From contig JAFCEJ010000003.1 of NCBI GenBank assembly GCA_017609175.1, forward strand, positions 149,455 through 213,454: 64,000 bases of DNA. The letters run 5' to 3'. Positions 51,698 through 59,713 of this stretch are shown in pieces. The DNA comes from Candidatus Pacearchaeota archaeon. GTDB lineage: Archaea; Nanobdellota; Nanobdellia; Pacearchaeales; GW2011-AR1. The notes under the pieces were generated by a model. The model had not been told where the DNA came from and made no database searches. It was given only the letters and a program-made list of their open reading frames with translations. Numbering within the stretch: the stretch's first letter is position 1; each line of letters opens with the position of its first letter. The translations under genes were made by a program, and so were the position numbers.

Positions 51698-51816
51698 ATG
51701 AATTAAATAAACTATGGGTTTGGATAATTGTAGCAGTAATTGTTCTTTTGATTGGGGTTAGTATTAAAATTAAAAAGAAATAAATATTTATTAACTCTTT
51801 TTATTTCTTTATTAAA

Positions 51817-53043
51817 TTGAAGTTTAAAATGGATAGAAGTCATTGGTTTATTGTTGATTTGCATATACATTCAAAATATTCTCGGGCGACATCTTCTGCA
51901 TTGAGTTTTGAGAATTTGGTAAAATGGGCGAAGATTAAGGGACTTAATTTATTGGGGACAGGCGATTTTACTCATCCTGTTTGGTTTGAAGAAATTAAAA
52001 AATTAAGGGATGAAGGGAAAGGGTTTTATTATTATCAAGATTTTCCTTTTGTGATTTCAGGAGAAATTTCGCTGGTTTATACTCAAGAAAAAGGGAGAAG
52101 GATTCATTTGGTTTTACTTGTTCCTTCTATTGAAATCGCTGAGAAAATTAATGCTTATTTTGATACAAAAGGTCGTAGAGATTATGATGGCAGGCCGATT
52201 TTTAAAATTTCTGGGGACGAGTTTGTTAGGGAAATGATGAAAATTTCTAAGGATATTGAAATTATTCCTGCGCATATCTGGACACCATGGTTCGGATTGT
52301 TTGGGAGTATGTCTGGGTTTGATTCTTTGAAAGAGTGTTTTAAGGATGAGGTGGAGCATATTCATGCAATTGAGACAGGAATGTCTTCTGACCCTGAAAT
52401 GAATTGGAAAATTAAGGAATTAAATGATAAAGCGATTGTTAGTTTTTCTGATTCACATAGTTTTTGGCCTTTTCGGTTAGGACGAGAAGCGACTATTTTC
52501 AAAAAAACAGATTCTTATAAAGAGTTAATCAGGCAGATTAGAGAAAATGATTTTATTGCAACAATTGAAGTTGACCCTGCTTATGGAAAATATCATTTTG
52601 ATGGACATAGGATTTGTAATTTTTCTTGTTCTCCTGAAAAAACTAAAGAATTAAACGGGATTTGTCCTATTTGCAAAAAGCCTTTGGTAGTTGGAGTAGA
52701 TTATAGGGTTGGAGAGCTTGCTAGTCAAACTCCTACAAATTATCCTAATAGAAAGCCTTTTTACACTTTACTTCCTTTGCACGAGGTTATCTCGTTAGCA
52801 TTTGGTTCTGGTTTACAGGCTAAAAAAACATGGGTTATTTATAATTCTTTAATTAATTATTTTGGAAACGAATTTAATATTTTGCTTGATGTTCCAAAAG
52901 AAGAATTTATTAGGAAAAATATTGATGAGAAATTAATTGAGTTAATTTTGAAAAATAGGGAAGGCAAAATAAAAGTTAAACCAGGTTATGATGGGGTTTA
53001 TGGTGTTGCTCAGTTAGAAGAAAAACAGAAGAAGTTATTTTGA
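51817..53043 (+). CDS. Endonuclease Q-like protein (PHP-domain, TIGR00375-type)
   Basis: The probable start is ATG 51829 (MDRSHW). FIVDLHIHSKYSRATS...KGLNLLGTGDFTHP is collinear with the Pyrococcus EndoQ N-terminus. Zn-finger CSPEK...CPICKK. Confidence 0.7.
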   Translation: MKFKMDRSHWFIVDLHIHSKYSRATSSALSFENLVKWAKIKGLNLLGTGDFTHPVWFEEIKKLRDEGKGFYYYQDFPFVISGEISLVYTQEKGRRIHLVLLVPSIEIAEKINAYFDTKGRRDYDGRPIFKISGDEFVREMMKISKDIEIIPAHIWTPWFGLFGSMSGFDSLKECFKDEVEHIHAIETGMSSDPEMNWKIKELNDKAIVSFSDSHSFWPFRLGREATIFKKTDSYKELIRQIRENDFIATIEVDPAYGKYHFDGHRICNFSCSPEKTKELNGICPICKKPLVVGVDYRVGELASQTPTNYPNRKPFYTLLPLHEVISLAFGSGLQAKKTWVIYNSLINYFGNEFNILLDVPKEEFIRKNIDEKLIELILKNREGKIKVKPGYDGVYGVAQLEEKQKKLF

Positions 53044-53085
53044 TGTAACTTTGTAAGAACAAGATAGCCTTAATAGAATTCTTTT

Positions 53086-53098
53086 ACATATTTTTAAA
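53086..53098 (+). promoter_or_regulatory. Orphan promoter-like box ACATATTTTTAAA in a convergent intergenic region
   Basis: Matches the ACATATTTAAA-type boxes seen upstream of genes in this window, but no + strand ORF follows it. Confidence 0.3.
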
Positions 53099-53178
53099 GG
53101 ACATTACTCTCAATTTAGAGCAAAGCACGGGTGGTTTTATGATTTGCAGAGTAACGAAAGGACAGGTCTTCCAAACGC

Positions 53179-53301
53179 TTAATTTTTAATTCCTTTTATT
53201 TTTACAAATTTGTAATGAGCATTTTTTGTGGGTTTGCCTTTGATTTCCTTTTTTAAAGTATATATTTTATTTCCCCTTTCTTTGTAATATTTTAGTTTCA
53301 T
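53179..53301 (-). CDS. nop10: Nop10-like small protein (H/ACA RNP component), cysteine-less form; not in the ORF track
   Basis: My translation is MKLKYYKERGNKIYTLKKEIKGKPTKNAHYKFVKIKGIKN*. The ATG overlaps the aIF2alpha stop (ATGA). Y-Y...YTLKK...AH resembles eukaryote-type Nop10. The aIF2alpha-nop10 order is a conserved archaeal pairing. Confidence 0.6.
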   Translation of the reverse strand: MKLKYYKERGNKIYTLKKEIKGKPTKNAHYKFVKIKGIKN

Positions 53302-54011
53302 TTTTCTTTTAAACTAAATTCTACTTTTTCTTTTTTTGCATTGTTTTCAATCTGTTTTAAAATTTCTTGTAATTTTTGGTCTGCTGTTTTTAAGTCAGTG
53401 GATTCTACTTTTATAGAATATCTTCCTGCGGAAATATATTTTATTTCTGCGTTCTTTATCTCTTCAAGAATCTTTTTTATTAATGTTAATCCGTTTGGTT
53501 GTATTGTTTTTAATGAAAATTCTTTTTTTATAACAGCTTTTTTTGGCTTTTCTAGACTAAGGATTTTTAAAATTTTTTCAGCATCTTCTTTTCCGACGAG
53601 TTTTTCTAATTTTTTTGGATTTTCTTTTGTTTGCTCTAAGAATTCTGTTATACTTGATTGTTTTTTTATCTCATCTATTATTTTATCTGTTTTTTCTTTC
53701 AATATTGATTTTAATATGCTTTCTGATTTTTTTTCTTGTTTGTATTGTTCCATAATCTCTTTTCTTTCTTTTTGTGTTACCCTTCTTAGACTGAGATGTA
53801 TATTTCCGGCAGAGTCTATTTTCAATACTTTACAAACAATCTTCTTTTTTGGAACAACATATGCTCTGAGATTTCTGATTCGTCCGGGAGCGATTTCAGA
53901 TGTGATTATACTTCCTTCCCCATTTCCTTCTATTTTTACAAATACCACTGTTCCAACTATCCTATCTACAGTACATAATACAACATCGCCTTCTTCTAAG
54001 TTTGTTTCCAT
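53298..54011 (-). CDS. eif2a: Translation initiation factor aIF2 alpha subunit
   Basis: S1 domain LEEGDVVLCTVDRIVGTVVFVKIEGNGEGSIITSEIAPGRIRNLRAYV...IHLSLRRVT, then helical and alpha-beta domains. Confidence 0.85.
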   Translation of the reverse strand: METNLEEGDVVLCTVDRIVGTVVFVKIEGNGEGSIITSEIAPGRIRNLRAYVVPKKKIVCKVLKIDSAGNIHLSLRRVTQKERKEIMEQYKQEKKSESILKSILKEKTDKIIDEIKKQSSITEFLEQTKENPKKLEKLVGKEDAEKILKILSLEKPKKAVIKKEFSLKTIQPNGLTLIKKILEEIKNAEIKYISAGRYSIKVESTDLKTADQKLQEILKQIENNAKKEKVEFSLKEK

Positions 54012-54035
54012 AATTTTAAAGAGAAATAAAGAGTT

Positions 54036-55355
54036 TTAAATCTTTACTAATTCTATTTCTAAATTTTTTTTGAGCTCTTTTATGAATTCTTCTTCTTTAT
54101 GTTTTTCGATTACACATCCTGCTGCAAATTCATGTCCGCCAACCTCTCCACCAATTTTTGAAACAACTTCATTTAAAACAACTCTTACATTTCTTCCACT
54201 TTTTCCGACACTTCTTGAGGATACTTTTATTTTATTTTGATCATATGCCATCGCAATTATTGTTGTTCCTTTCTCATATAAAAATGAATTTGAAAGAATG
54301 CTTGCTATTGTTCCTATTATTGTATCTTTTATTTCATTTTTTGCATTTATTATGACATACCCATTTCCCTGTATTTTTTCTGTTTCAGATACAAATTTTA
54401 ATCCAGAAATAATAAGTTGTTTGTATTTCGCATGTAAGGCCTCTGCTCTTTTTTTTGCTTTTGGAATTTCAAGGCATAGCTGGATTGCTATTTCGCTCTC
54501 CCCAAGTCTGCTACAAGCATTTATCATCGCACTAATTTCTCTTGCATCTTCTAATTTGTTAAATAATTTTATTAAAAAAATATCTCCTATAATTTCTTCT
54601 TTTTCTTTTGTTTTTGGTTTTAATAACATAATTGCTGTGACTAATTTTGACATTTCTTTTTCATTTAATTCTATTATGCTTTTGTATTTTCCATTTTTTG
54701 GAGCCAAGCCTGTTTCTCTTAAAAGATTCAAGACTCCTTTTACATTCCCAGTAATTCCGGGGAGATATGGATTTGAACTATATTCTAAAACCCTATTTAT
54801 CGGTCTTGTTGAAGGATATAATAATAAACCTCTTTTTTTTATTATTTCTCCGTCGATTAAAATTTGATTATTTATTTTATCTATATTTTTTTCTAAACAA
54901 TCACCTATCATTCCCAAAACCGCTAATTTTGCGAGCTCCTTTGTTTCAGGAATTATTTCTTTACAGAAAAGATATGTTAATCCGGAACCACTTATTTTTT
55001 GTTTATCTGTTAATTCTGGATTGATTATATAAACATTTTCCGGTATTTTTTGGATAATCTCGTGATGATCTATTATAAAAACATTTTTTAATCCAGAATT
55101 TGCAATGCAATCTAAGGAATTTGAAGCAAGATCTAAGAAGAGGGTTATTTTTTCTTTTGATAATCTTTGAATTGTTTGCTCATCTAAGTTTTTTACAATT
55201 TTTACAGAAAATGTTTTATCTAATCTTTTTAAGGTTTTTATCATTATTGCTGCAGAAGTTATTCCATCAGTATCAAAATGACTTACAATTTGTATTTCTT
55301 TGTCTTTAATTTTTTCTAGAAATTCTTTTGCAATTAATTTAATCCTCTTTTCCAT
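54036..55355 (-). CDS. RecJ-like DHH/DHHA1 phosphoesterase (GAN/Cdc45-like nuclease)
   Basis: SHFDTDGITSA, IIDHH (DHH motif), and GGHEFAAG (DHHA1). Confidence 0.8.
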   Translation of the reverse strand: MEKRIKLIAKEFLEKIKDKEIQIVSHFDTDGITSAAIMIKTLKRLDKTFSVKIVKNLDEQTIQRLSKEKITLFLDLASNSLDCIANSGLKNVFIIDHHEIIQKIPENVYIINPELTDKQKISGSGLTYLFCKEIIPETKELAKLAVLGMIGDCLEKNIDKINNQILIDGEIIKKRGLLLYPSTRPINRVLEYSSNPYLPGITGNVKGVLNLLRETGLAPKNGKYKSIIELNEKEMSKLVTAIMLLKPKTKEKEEIIGDIFLIKLFNKLEDAREISAMINACSRLGESEIAIQLCLEIPKAKKRAEALHAKYKQLIISGLKFVSETEKIQGNGYVIINAKNEIKDTIIGTIASILSNSFLYEKGTTIIAMAYDQNKIKVSSRSVGKSGRNVRVVLNEVVSKIGGEVGGHEFAAGCVIEKHKEEEFIKELKKNLEIELVKI

Positions 55356-55415
55356 TTTAATAATGACTGCTCACACCTCTTCTTGGCTAGACTAATTATG
55401 CTTTCAAAATTAGTG

Positions 55416-55742
55416 TTAAATTTCTTTAAAATACTTTTTGAGTTTTCTTAATTGTGCAAAAACTCTGTCTATTTCTCTTTTAGCTCTTTTATCTTGTTTG
55501 TTTTTTTCATAATGTTTTCTTATTCTTTCAAGTTTTGCTTCTACATTCCTTAAATCAGGATTTATATAAAGATTCTTCTCTTTTAGTATTTTTGATATCT
55601 TTTTACCGTATTCTTTTGGATGGATTCCTTCTTGCCTTAATTTTTCCCCTATTTTTTCTGCTGTTAAGCCTGCTTTTGCTAATTCAATAACTTTCTTTTC
55701 ATATTCTTTTTCATCTAATTTTTGTTTTTTTGGTTTTGACAT
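55416..55742 (-). CDS. rps15: 30S ribosomal protein S15 (uS15/S13e), short form
   Basis: VIELAKAGLTAEKIGEKLRQEGI...NPDLRNVEAKLERIRKHYEKNKQDKRAKREIDRVFAQLRKLKKYF. Confidence 0.8.
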   Translation of the reverse strand: MSKPKKQKLDEKEYEKKVIELAKAGLTAEKIGEKLRQEGIHPKEYGKKISKILKEKNLYINPDLRNVEAKLERIRKHYEKNKQDKRAKREIDRVFAQLRKLKKYFKEI

Positions 55743-55789
55743 CTTCTAAAAAATTAAAATTGGTTTTTAAAGATTTGGATAAGTTAAAA

Positions 55790-55912
55790 TAGCCCTGCCA
55801 GGATTCGAACCTGGGTCACTGCCTATCTCCCGAGCTCATCCGATATTAATGAGCATTTCTGCGAACTTACCCGGCCAAAGGGCAGTATACTTGACCACTG
55901 TACTACAGGGCT
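55790..55912 (-). tRNA. tRNA-Gln (anticodon UUG) with a ~50-nt intron at the canonical 37/38 position
   Basis: On the minus strand: acceptor AGCCCTG/CAGGGCT, anticodon stem CTGCC/GGCAG, loop CTTTGG|intron|A, T arm CCAGG-TTCGAAT-CCTGG, discriminator A. The intron is about 55825-55874 and has an internal GCTCAT/ATGAGC hairpin. Confidence 0.8.
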
Positions 55913-55946
55913 TTGTAAAACTACGAAAATTTGTTAATTTATAAGC

Positions 55947-56597
55947 TTAATGTTTATATCTTCCACGCTTTTCAACCGCTTTAAGTCGTTCGAGGATTTT
56001 GTCGGATTCTTTATACTTCTTATATCCTTTTAAAAATTCATCAAAAAGTTCTTTCCAGTTTTTGAAATGTTTTGCTTCGAGAGCTTGTTTTAAGAGATGT
56101 ATGTCGACTGCTTTATCTTCTATTTTTTTTGAAATATAACCAAGGCCGAAGTCTATGAAAAAGATTCTCGGATTTTTTTTGGAAGATTCAACTAATATCA
56201 TATTTGAGGTGGTTAAATCTCCATGGATTATGTCTTGATTGTGGAGTTTTGCAACATCCTGCCCTATTTGTTTGCAAATTTGTTTTTGTTTTGTTGTTGA
56301 AAATTTGTCAAGATATTCTGAAAGTTTTTTACCCTCGATGAATGGCATTTTTAATTTTGTTTCATTACTAATTTGGATTTTTTCATTTGTAATTGGAATA
56401 GGGCAATTGATTACCTTAGATGCTTTGAGAAGTAATTTGGCTTCTTTCTTTGTTCGTCGTTTTCTGATTCTATTGTCAAGTTCTGGAAGCCTATACGATT
56501 TTTTTATTCTATTTTTTATTATATAAGGATGGTGGTTGATTGAATCTATTTTGTAAATAATTGCTTCAGCGGCTTGTGCGATTATTGTTTTTTTCAT
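55947..56597 (-). CDS. bud32: Bud32/PRPK-type atypical protein kinase (KEOPS component)
   Basis: AEAIIYK, catalytic IIHGDLTTSNMI, and IDFGLG. Length about 216 aa is typical of archaeal Bud32. Confidence 0.8.
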   Translation of the reverse strand: MKKTIIAQAAEAIIYKIDSINHHPYIIKNRIKKSYRLPELDNRIRKRRTKKEAKLLLKASKVINCPIPITNEKIQISNETKLKMPFIEGKKLSEYLDKFSTTKQKQICKQIGQDVAKLHNQDIIHGDLTTSNMILVESSKKNPRIFFIDFGLGYISKKIEDKAVDIHLLKQALEAKHFKNWKELFDEFLKGYKKYKESDKILERLKAVEKRGRYKH

Positions 56598-56608
56598 AAT
56601 ATATTTTA

Positions 56609-57268
56609 TTGGATAATTATCTTTATAAATTTGGGTGGTTGTTTTTTCCTATGAAGAATCTTATTAAAAAAGCGATGTTGCCTTTTCTTTTTTCAGGCAT
56701 TATTTCTTCACAAAGTTTAGCAGAAGAACCCAAACAAAACGAGGATTTTTTACCTAAAACATATGTTTCATTTTCTACAGGGATTTATTGGGATGCGAAT
56801 ACAAACATACAAAAACGATATGGTTCTATGCCTGGATTTAGGGGAGCGGTTATTCGAGAATTTTTGCCTTCTTTAGTATTTGAAGGAGGTTTGGCTCTTA
56901 CTTCTGGAAGAGGTTCATTTAAAAAAAATAGTATCGGTTTAGAAGGAGAATCTATTCTTAATTATCTTATATTAGATGGAGGTGTTTACTATTCTCAACT
57001 TTTTGAGGGCGAAAAAAATCTATCTTGGTTTTTTGGAGGCGGGCTTACGTTTTCACAGATAAATGAACGTGCAAAATGGGATTCTTACTATGGTTCTGGT
57101 GCTGAAACTAATTCAGGTAATAATCTTGGTTTGAAGATTGTTGGGGGTATTGAATGGAAAGATGGTTATGTTAGGTTATCTGTTAATCCTTCTTCTGGGA
57201 ATATTGATACAACTTTAAGTTCTTTTGAATTTGGTTGGAAATGGGATGTTGATAACAAGAAGAAATAA
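56609..57268 (+). CDS. Secreted beta-rich protein resembling a bacterial 8-stranded outer-membrane beta-barrel (OmpX/OmpW/OMP_b-brl-like)
   Basis: The likely start is ATG 56651 with signal peptide MKNLIKKAMLPFLFSGIISSQSLA, and a TATA-like TTTATAAAT lies ~20 nt upstream. About eight amphipathic Gly/aromatic strands (TYVSFSTGIYW, LVFEGGLALTSG, LSWFFGGGLTFSQ, LGLKIVGGIEWK, FEFGWKW). Confidence 0.45.
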   Translation: MDNYLYKFGWLFFPMKNLIKKAMLPFLFSGIISSQSLAEEPKQNEDFLPKTYVSFSTGIYWDANTNIQKRYGSMPGFRGAVIREFLPSLVFEGGLALTSGRGSFKKNSIGLEGESILNYLILDGGVYYSQLFEGEKNLSWFFGGGLTFSQINERAKWDSYYGSGAETNSGNNLGLKIVGGIEWKDGYVRLSVNPSSGNIDTTLSSFEFGWKWDVDNKKK

Positions 57269-58642
57269 TTATATTCTAAATTTCTTTTTCCCAAACTTTC
57301 TCGCTAATTTCATAAGCTGTTTTTGGTCAAATCCTTTTTCTATATCCATTGATGAGCTTGTTTTAATCATTTCATTTAGCATTTTGTATTGTTTAAGCAA
57401 AGCTCTAACGTCGCTGTTATGGACTCCTGCACCCTGAGCAATTCTTCTGATTCTTGAAGTTCCTGTTTTTTTATCTTCTAATAATTCTGGATTGTCTATT
57501 TCTTCTGGTGTCATTGATTTAATTATATGTTCCCACTTCTTTATTTTTTCTTCTTGGCTTTCTAGGACATTTTCAGGAAGTTTTGCACTTCCAAGGCCTG
57601 GAATCATTGATTTGATTTTTTCAAATCCCCCCATAGAACCCATTGCTCTTACTTGTTCAATGACATCATTTAAAGTTAATTTTCCTTCTTCTAATCTTTT
57701 TTGCATCTCTTCTTGTTTCTTTTCGTCTGTTACTAATTTTATTTTTTCAATTAAACTTTGGAGGTCTCCCATACCTAGAAGCCTTGATAAAAATGATTCT
57801 GGATTAAATTGTTCAATATCATTAATTTTTTCTCCGGTTGTTATGAAGTAAACAGGTGCCTGAGTTTCTGCACATGCTGTTAATGCTCCACCACCCTTTG
57901 CAGAAGAATCCATCCTTGTGATTATTACTCCTGTAATTTTTAGTAGGTTTTTGAAATCTTCTGCCTGTGTTTTTGCTGCCTGACCAATGTCTGCGGGCAT
58001 GATTAAAATTGTTTCTGTTGGTTTTATTTGTCTGTTTAAAGCAGAAATTTCTGCGACTAGTTCTTTATCCAATGTATGCCGTCCTGCTGTATCAATAATT
58101 ACAACATCATACTCTTTGAGTTCTTTTTCATATTTTTTCCAGATTTTTATTGCATCTTTTTCTTCTGTATCAATAAATGCAACAAGTTTATTTTTTTCTG
58201 CAAGTTGCTTGAGTTGTTCTGGTGCTGCAGGTCTATGGACATCTAAACCTAAAAGAGCGACTTTTTTTCCACGTTTTGCAAAATAATTTCCTAATTTTGC
58301 AACAGTGGTTGTTTTTCCTGCACCATAAAGTCCAAGAAGCATAATTCTATTTTGTCCTGGTTTTAATTTGAGTTCTTTGTATTCTCCCAAAATTTTAATT
58401 AATTCATCATGCAAAAGTTTTATGATATGTTCTTTTTTTTCAATTTCTTTTATTCTTTCATCTAATGCAGATTTTTTGATTTTATCACTAAGTTCTTTGA
58501 CAAGTTTGACATTTACATCTGCTTCTATTAATGCTCTTTGCAAATCCTTTATTATTGAATCAACGAGATTTTTATCTAGAAAGATGGCATTTGCTATTTT
58601 ATCAGTCGCTTTTCTTAATACTGCTCCTAATTTTTCTAACAT
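57269..58642 (-). CDS. srp54: Signal recognition particle protein SRP54
   Basis: N domain, G domain GLYGAGKTT, DTAGR, and a C-terminal Met-rich M domain (MGSMGGFEKIKSMIPG). Confidence 0.95.
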   Translation of the reverse strand: MLEKLGAVLRKATDKIANAIFLDKNLVDSIIKDLQRALIEADVNVKLVKELSDKIKKSALDERIKEIEKKEHIIKLLHDELIKILGEYKELKLKPGQNRIMLLGLYGAGKTTTVAKLGNYFAKRGKKVALLGLDVHRPAAPEQLKQLAEKNKLVAFIDTEEKDAIKIWKKYEKELKEYDVVIIDTAGRHTLDKELVAEISALNRQIKPTETILIMPADIGQAAKTQAEDFKNLLKITGVIITRMDSSAKGGGALTACAETQAPVYFITTGEKINDIEQFNPESFLSRLLGMGDLQSLIEKIKLVTDEKKQEEMQKRLEEGKLTLNDVIEQVRAMGSMGGFEKIKSMIPGLGSAKLPENVLESQEEKIKKWEHIIKSMTPEEIDNPELLEDKKTGTSRIRRIAQGAGVHNSDVRALLKQYKMLNEMIKTSSSMDIEKGFDQKQLMKLARKFGKKKFRI

Positions 58643-58679
58643 GAAAAAAAGAATAGATTAATAGTTAATAAGTTTGTGG

Positions 58680-59672
58680 TTAATTTATTAATATGTCTGC
58701 ATATCCTGTATATCTATCTGTTCCGCTATAAAATAATCTAAAGTGATTTTTTTGTATTGGAACGAGTCCACAACCAAAGACTACATTTGGGACTTCTGCT
58801 CCCTTTTTTCCTCCTACTGTTTCCCACCATAGTTTAGGTTCTAATAAGGGTTTTTTGGACCTTTCTATTACTTTTGTTGGATTATTTTTATCTAATAAAA
58901 CATATCCTAATCGATATATATTTTTTTGTTTATCTGCGCCGTGATAAATTCCAAAAAGCCCTTTTTCTGTTTCTATAAGCGGAGTGTTCATCCCAACTCT
59001 TGCATCATCCCACATTCCTTGACGCGGTTTTAAGATTATTCCATAATCTTTAAAATTTTTGAAGTCCTTTGTGGTTGCAATTCGCGCACTTAAACATCCT
59101 CCATCAAACGGTCTGTGAATTACCCAAAATATTTTTGCTTTTTTGTCCCACCATATTACACAATTTTTGTTATTTCCATAATCATCTAAAATGACTCCTA
59201 ATTTTTCGATTGTTTTGAAATCTTTTGTTTTGGCTAATTTTATTCTTGTTGTATTTACATTTTCTTTATGTTCTTTAAATGCAGTGTAGGTTATAAAATA
59301 AGTATTTTCCACTTGGGTTATTCTTGCATCTTCTACACCGAGTTTTGAATCCTCATCTGTGTTTATAAATGGTTTTTCGTCAAGAGAAAAATTTGTTCCA
59401 TCTTTACTCCATGCAAGGTGTAATCTGCTGATATTGTCTTTTGCATGCCTTACAGTTAATAACATACCGAACCTGTCTTGATATTTGAATGCACCAGGAT
59501 TTCTTATGGATGTAAATTTGTAGTTAAACATGCTTGGAGTTAAAATTGGTTCTGAATATTTTATTACTCTTGGTTCTAATTGTTTTGTTGTCTTTTTTAG
59601 AAATAATTGTTTGTTTATCATCCTTTCTAAATTTGATTCTTTTAGAGTCGGTGGCGGTTCATTGTCGCACAT
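58680..59672 (-). CDS. GH130-family glycoside phosphorylase/hydrolase-like protein (DUF377 beta-propeller)
   Basis: NPGAFKYQDRFGMLLTVR, GVEDARIT, FITYTAF, WDDARVG and IYHGAD recurring blade motifs typical of GH130. Confidence 0.7.
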   Translation of the reverse strand: MCDNEPPPTLKESNLERMINKQLFLKKTTKQLEPRVIKYSEPILTPSMFNYKFTSIRNPGAFKYQDRFGMLLTVRHAKDNISRLHLAWSKDGTNFSLDEKPFINTDEDSKLGVEDARITQVENTYFITYTAFKEHKENVNTTRIKLAKTKDFKTIEKLGVILDDYGNNKNCVIWWDKKAKIFWVIHRPFDGGCLSARIATTKDFKNFKDYGIILKPRQGMWDDARVGMNTPLIETEKGLFGIYHGADKQKNIYRLGYVLLDKNNPTKVIERSKKPLLEPKLWWETVGGKKGAEVPNVVFGCGLVPIQKNHFRLFYSGTDRYTGYADILIN

Positions 59673-59713
59673 GTTTTTTGATATGAGAGAATTATTTTTA
59701 AATTTTTTTGGTA

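Noticed and set aside
53101-53160. H/ACA guide RNA next to the Nop10-like gene
   Set aside because: The hairpin has no 3' pocket strand between the upper and lower stems. No ACA lies at the required distance after the stem. It is kept only as a generic candidate small RNA.
53341-54039. 232-aa + strand ORF
   Set aside because: It is antisense to the well-supported aIF2alpha gene. Its F/S/I-rich low-complexity sequence is the mirror image of a K/E-rich gene. No motifs were found.
54298-54867. 189-aa + strand ORF, together with neighbours 54158-54355, 54767-55024 and 55100-55309
   Set aside because: All are antisense to the RecJ-like DHH gene, which carries clear DHH/DHHA1 motifs. They are typical shadow ORFs in AT-rich DNA.
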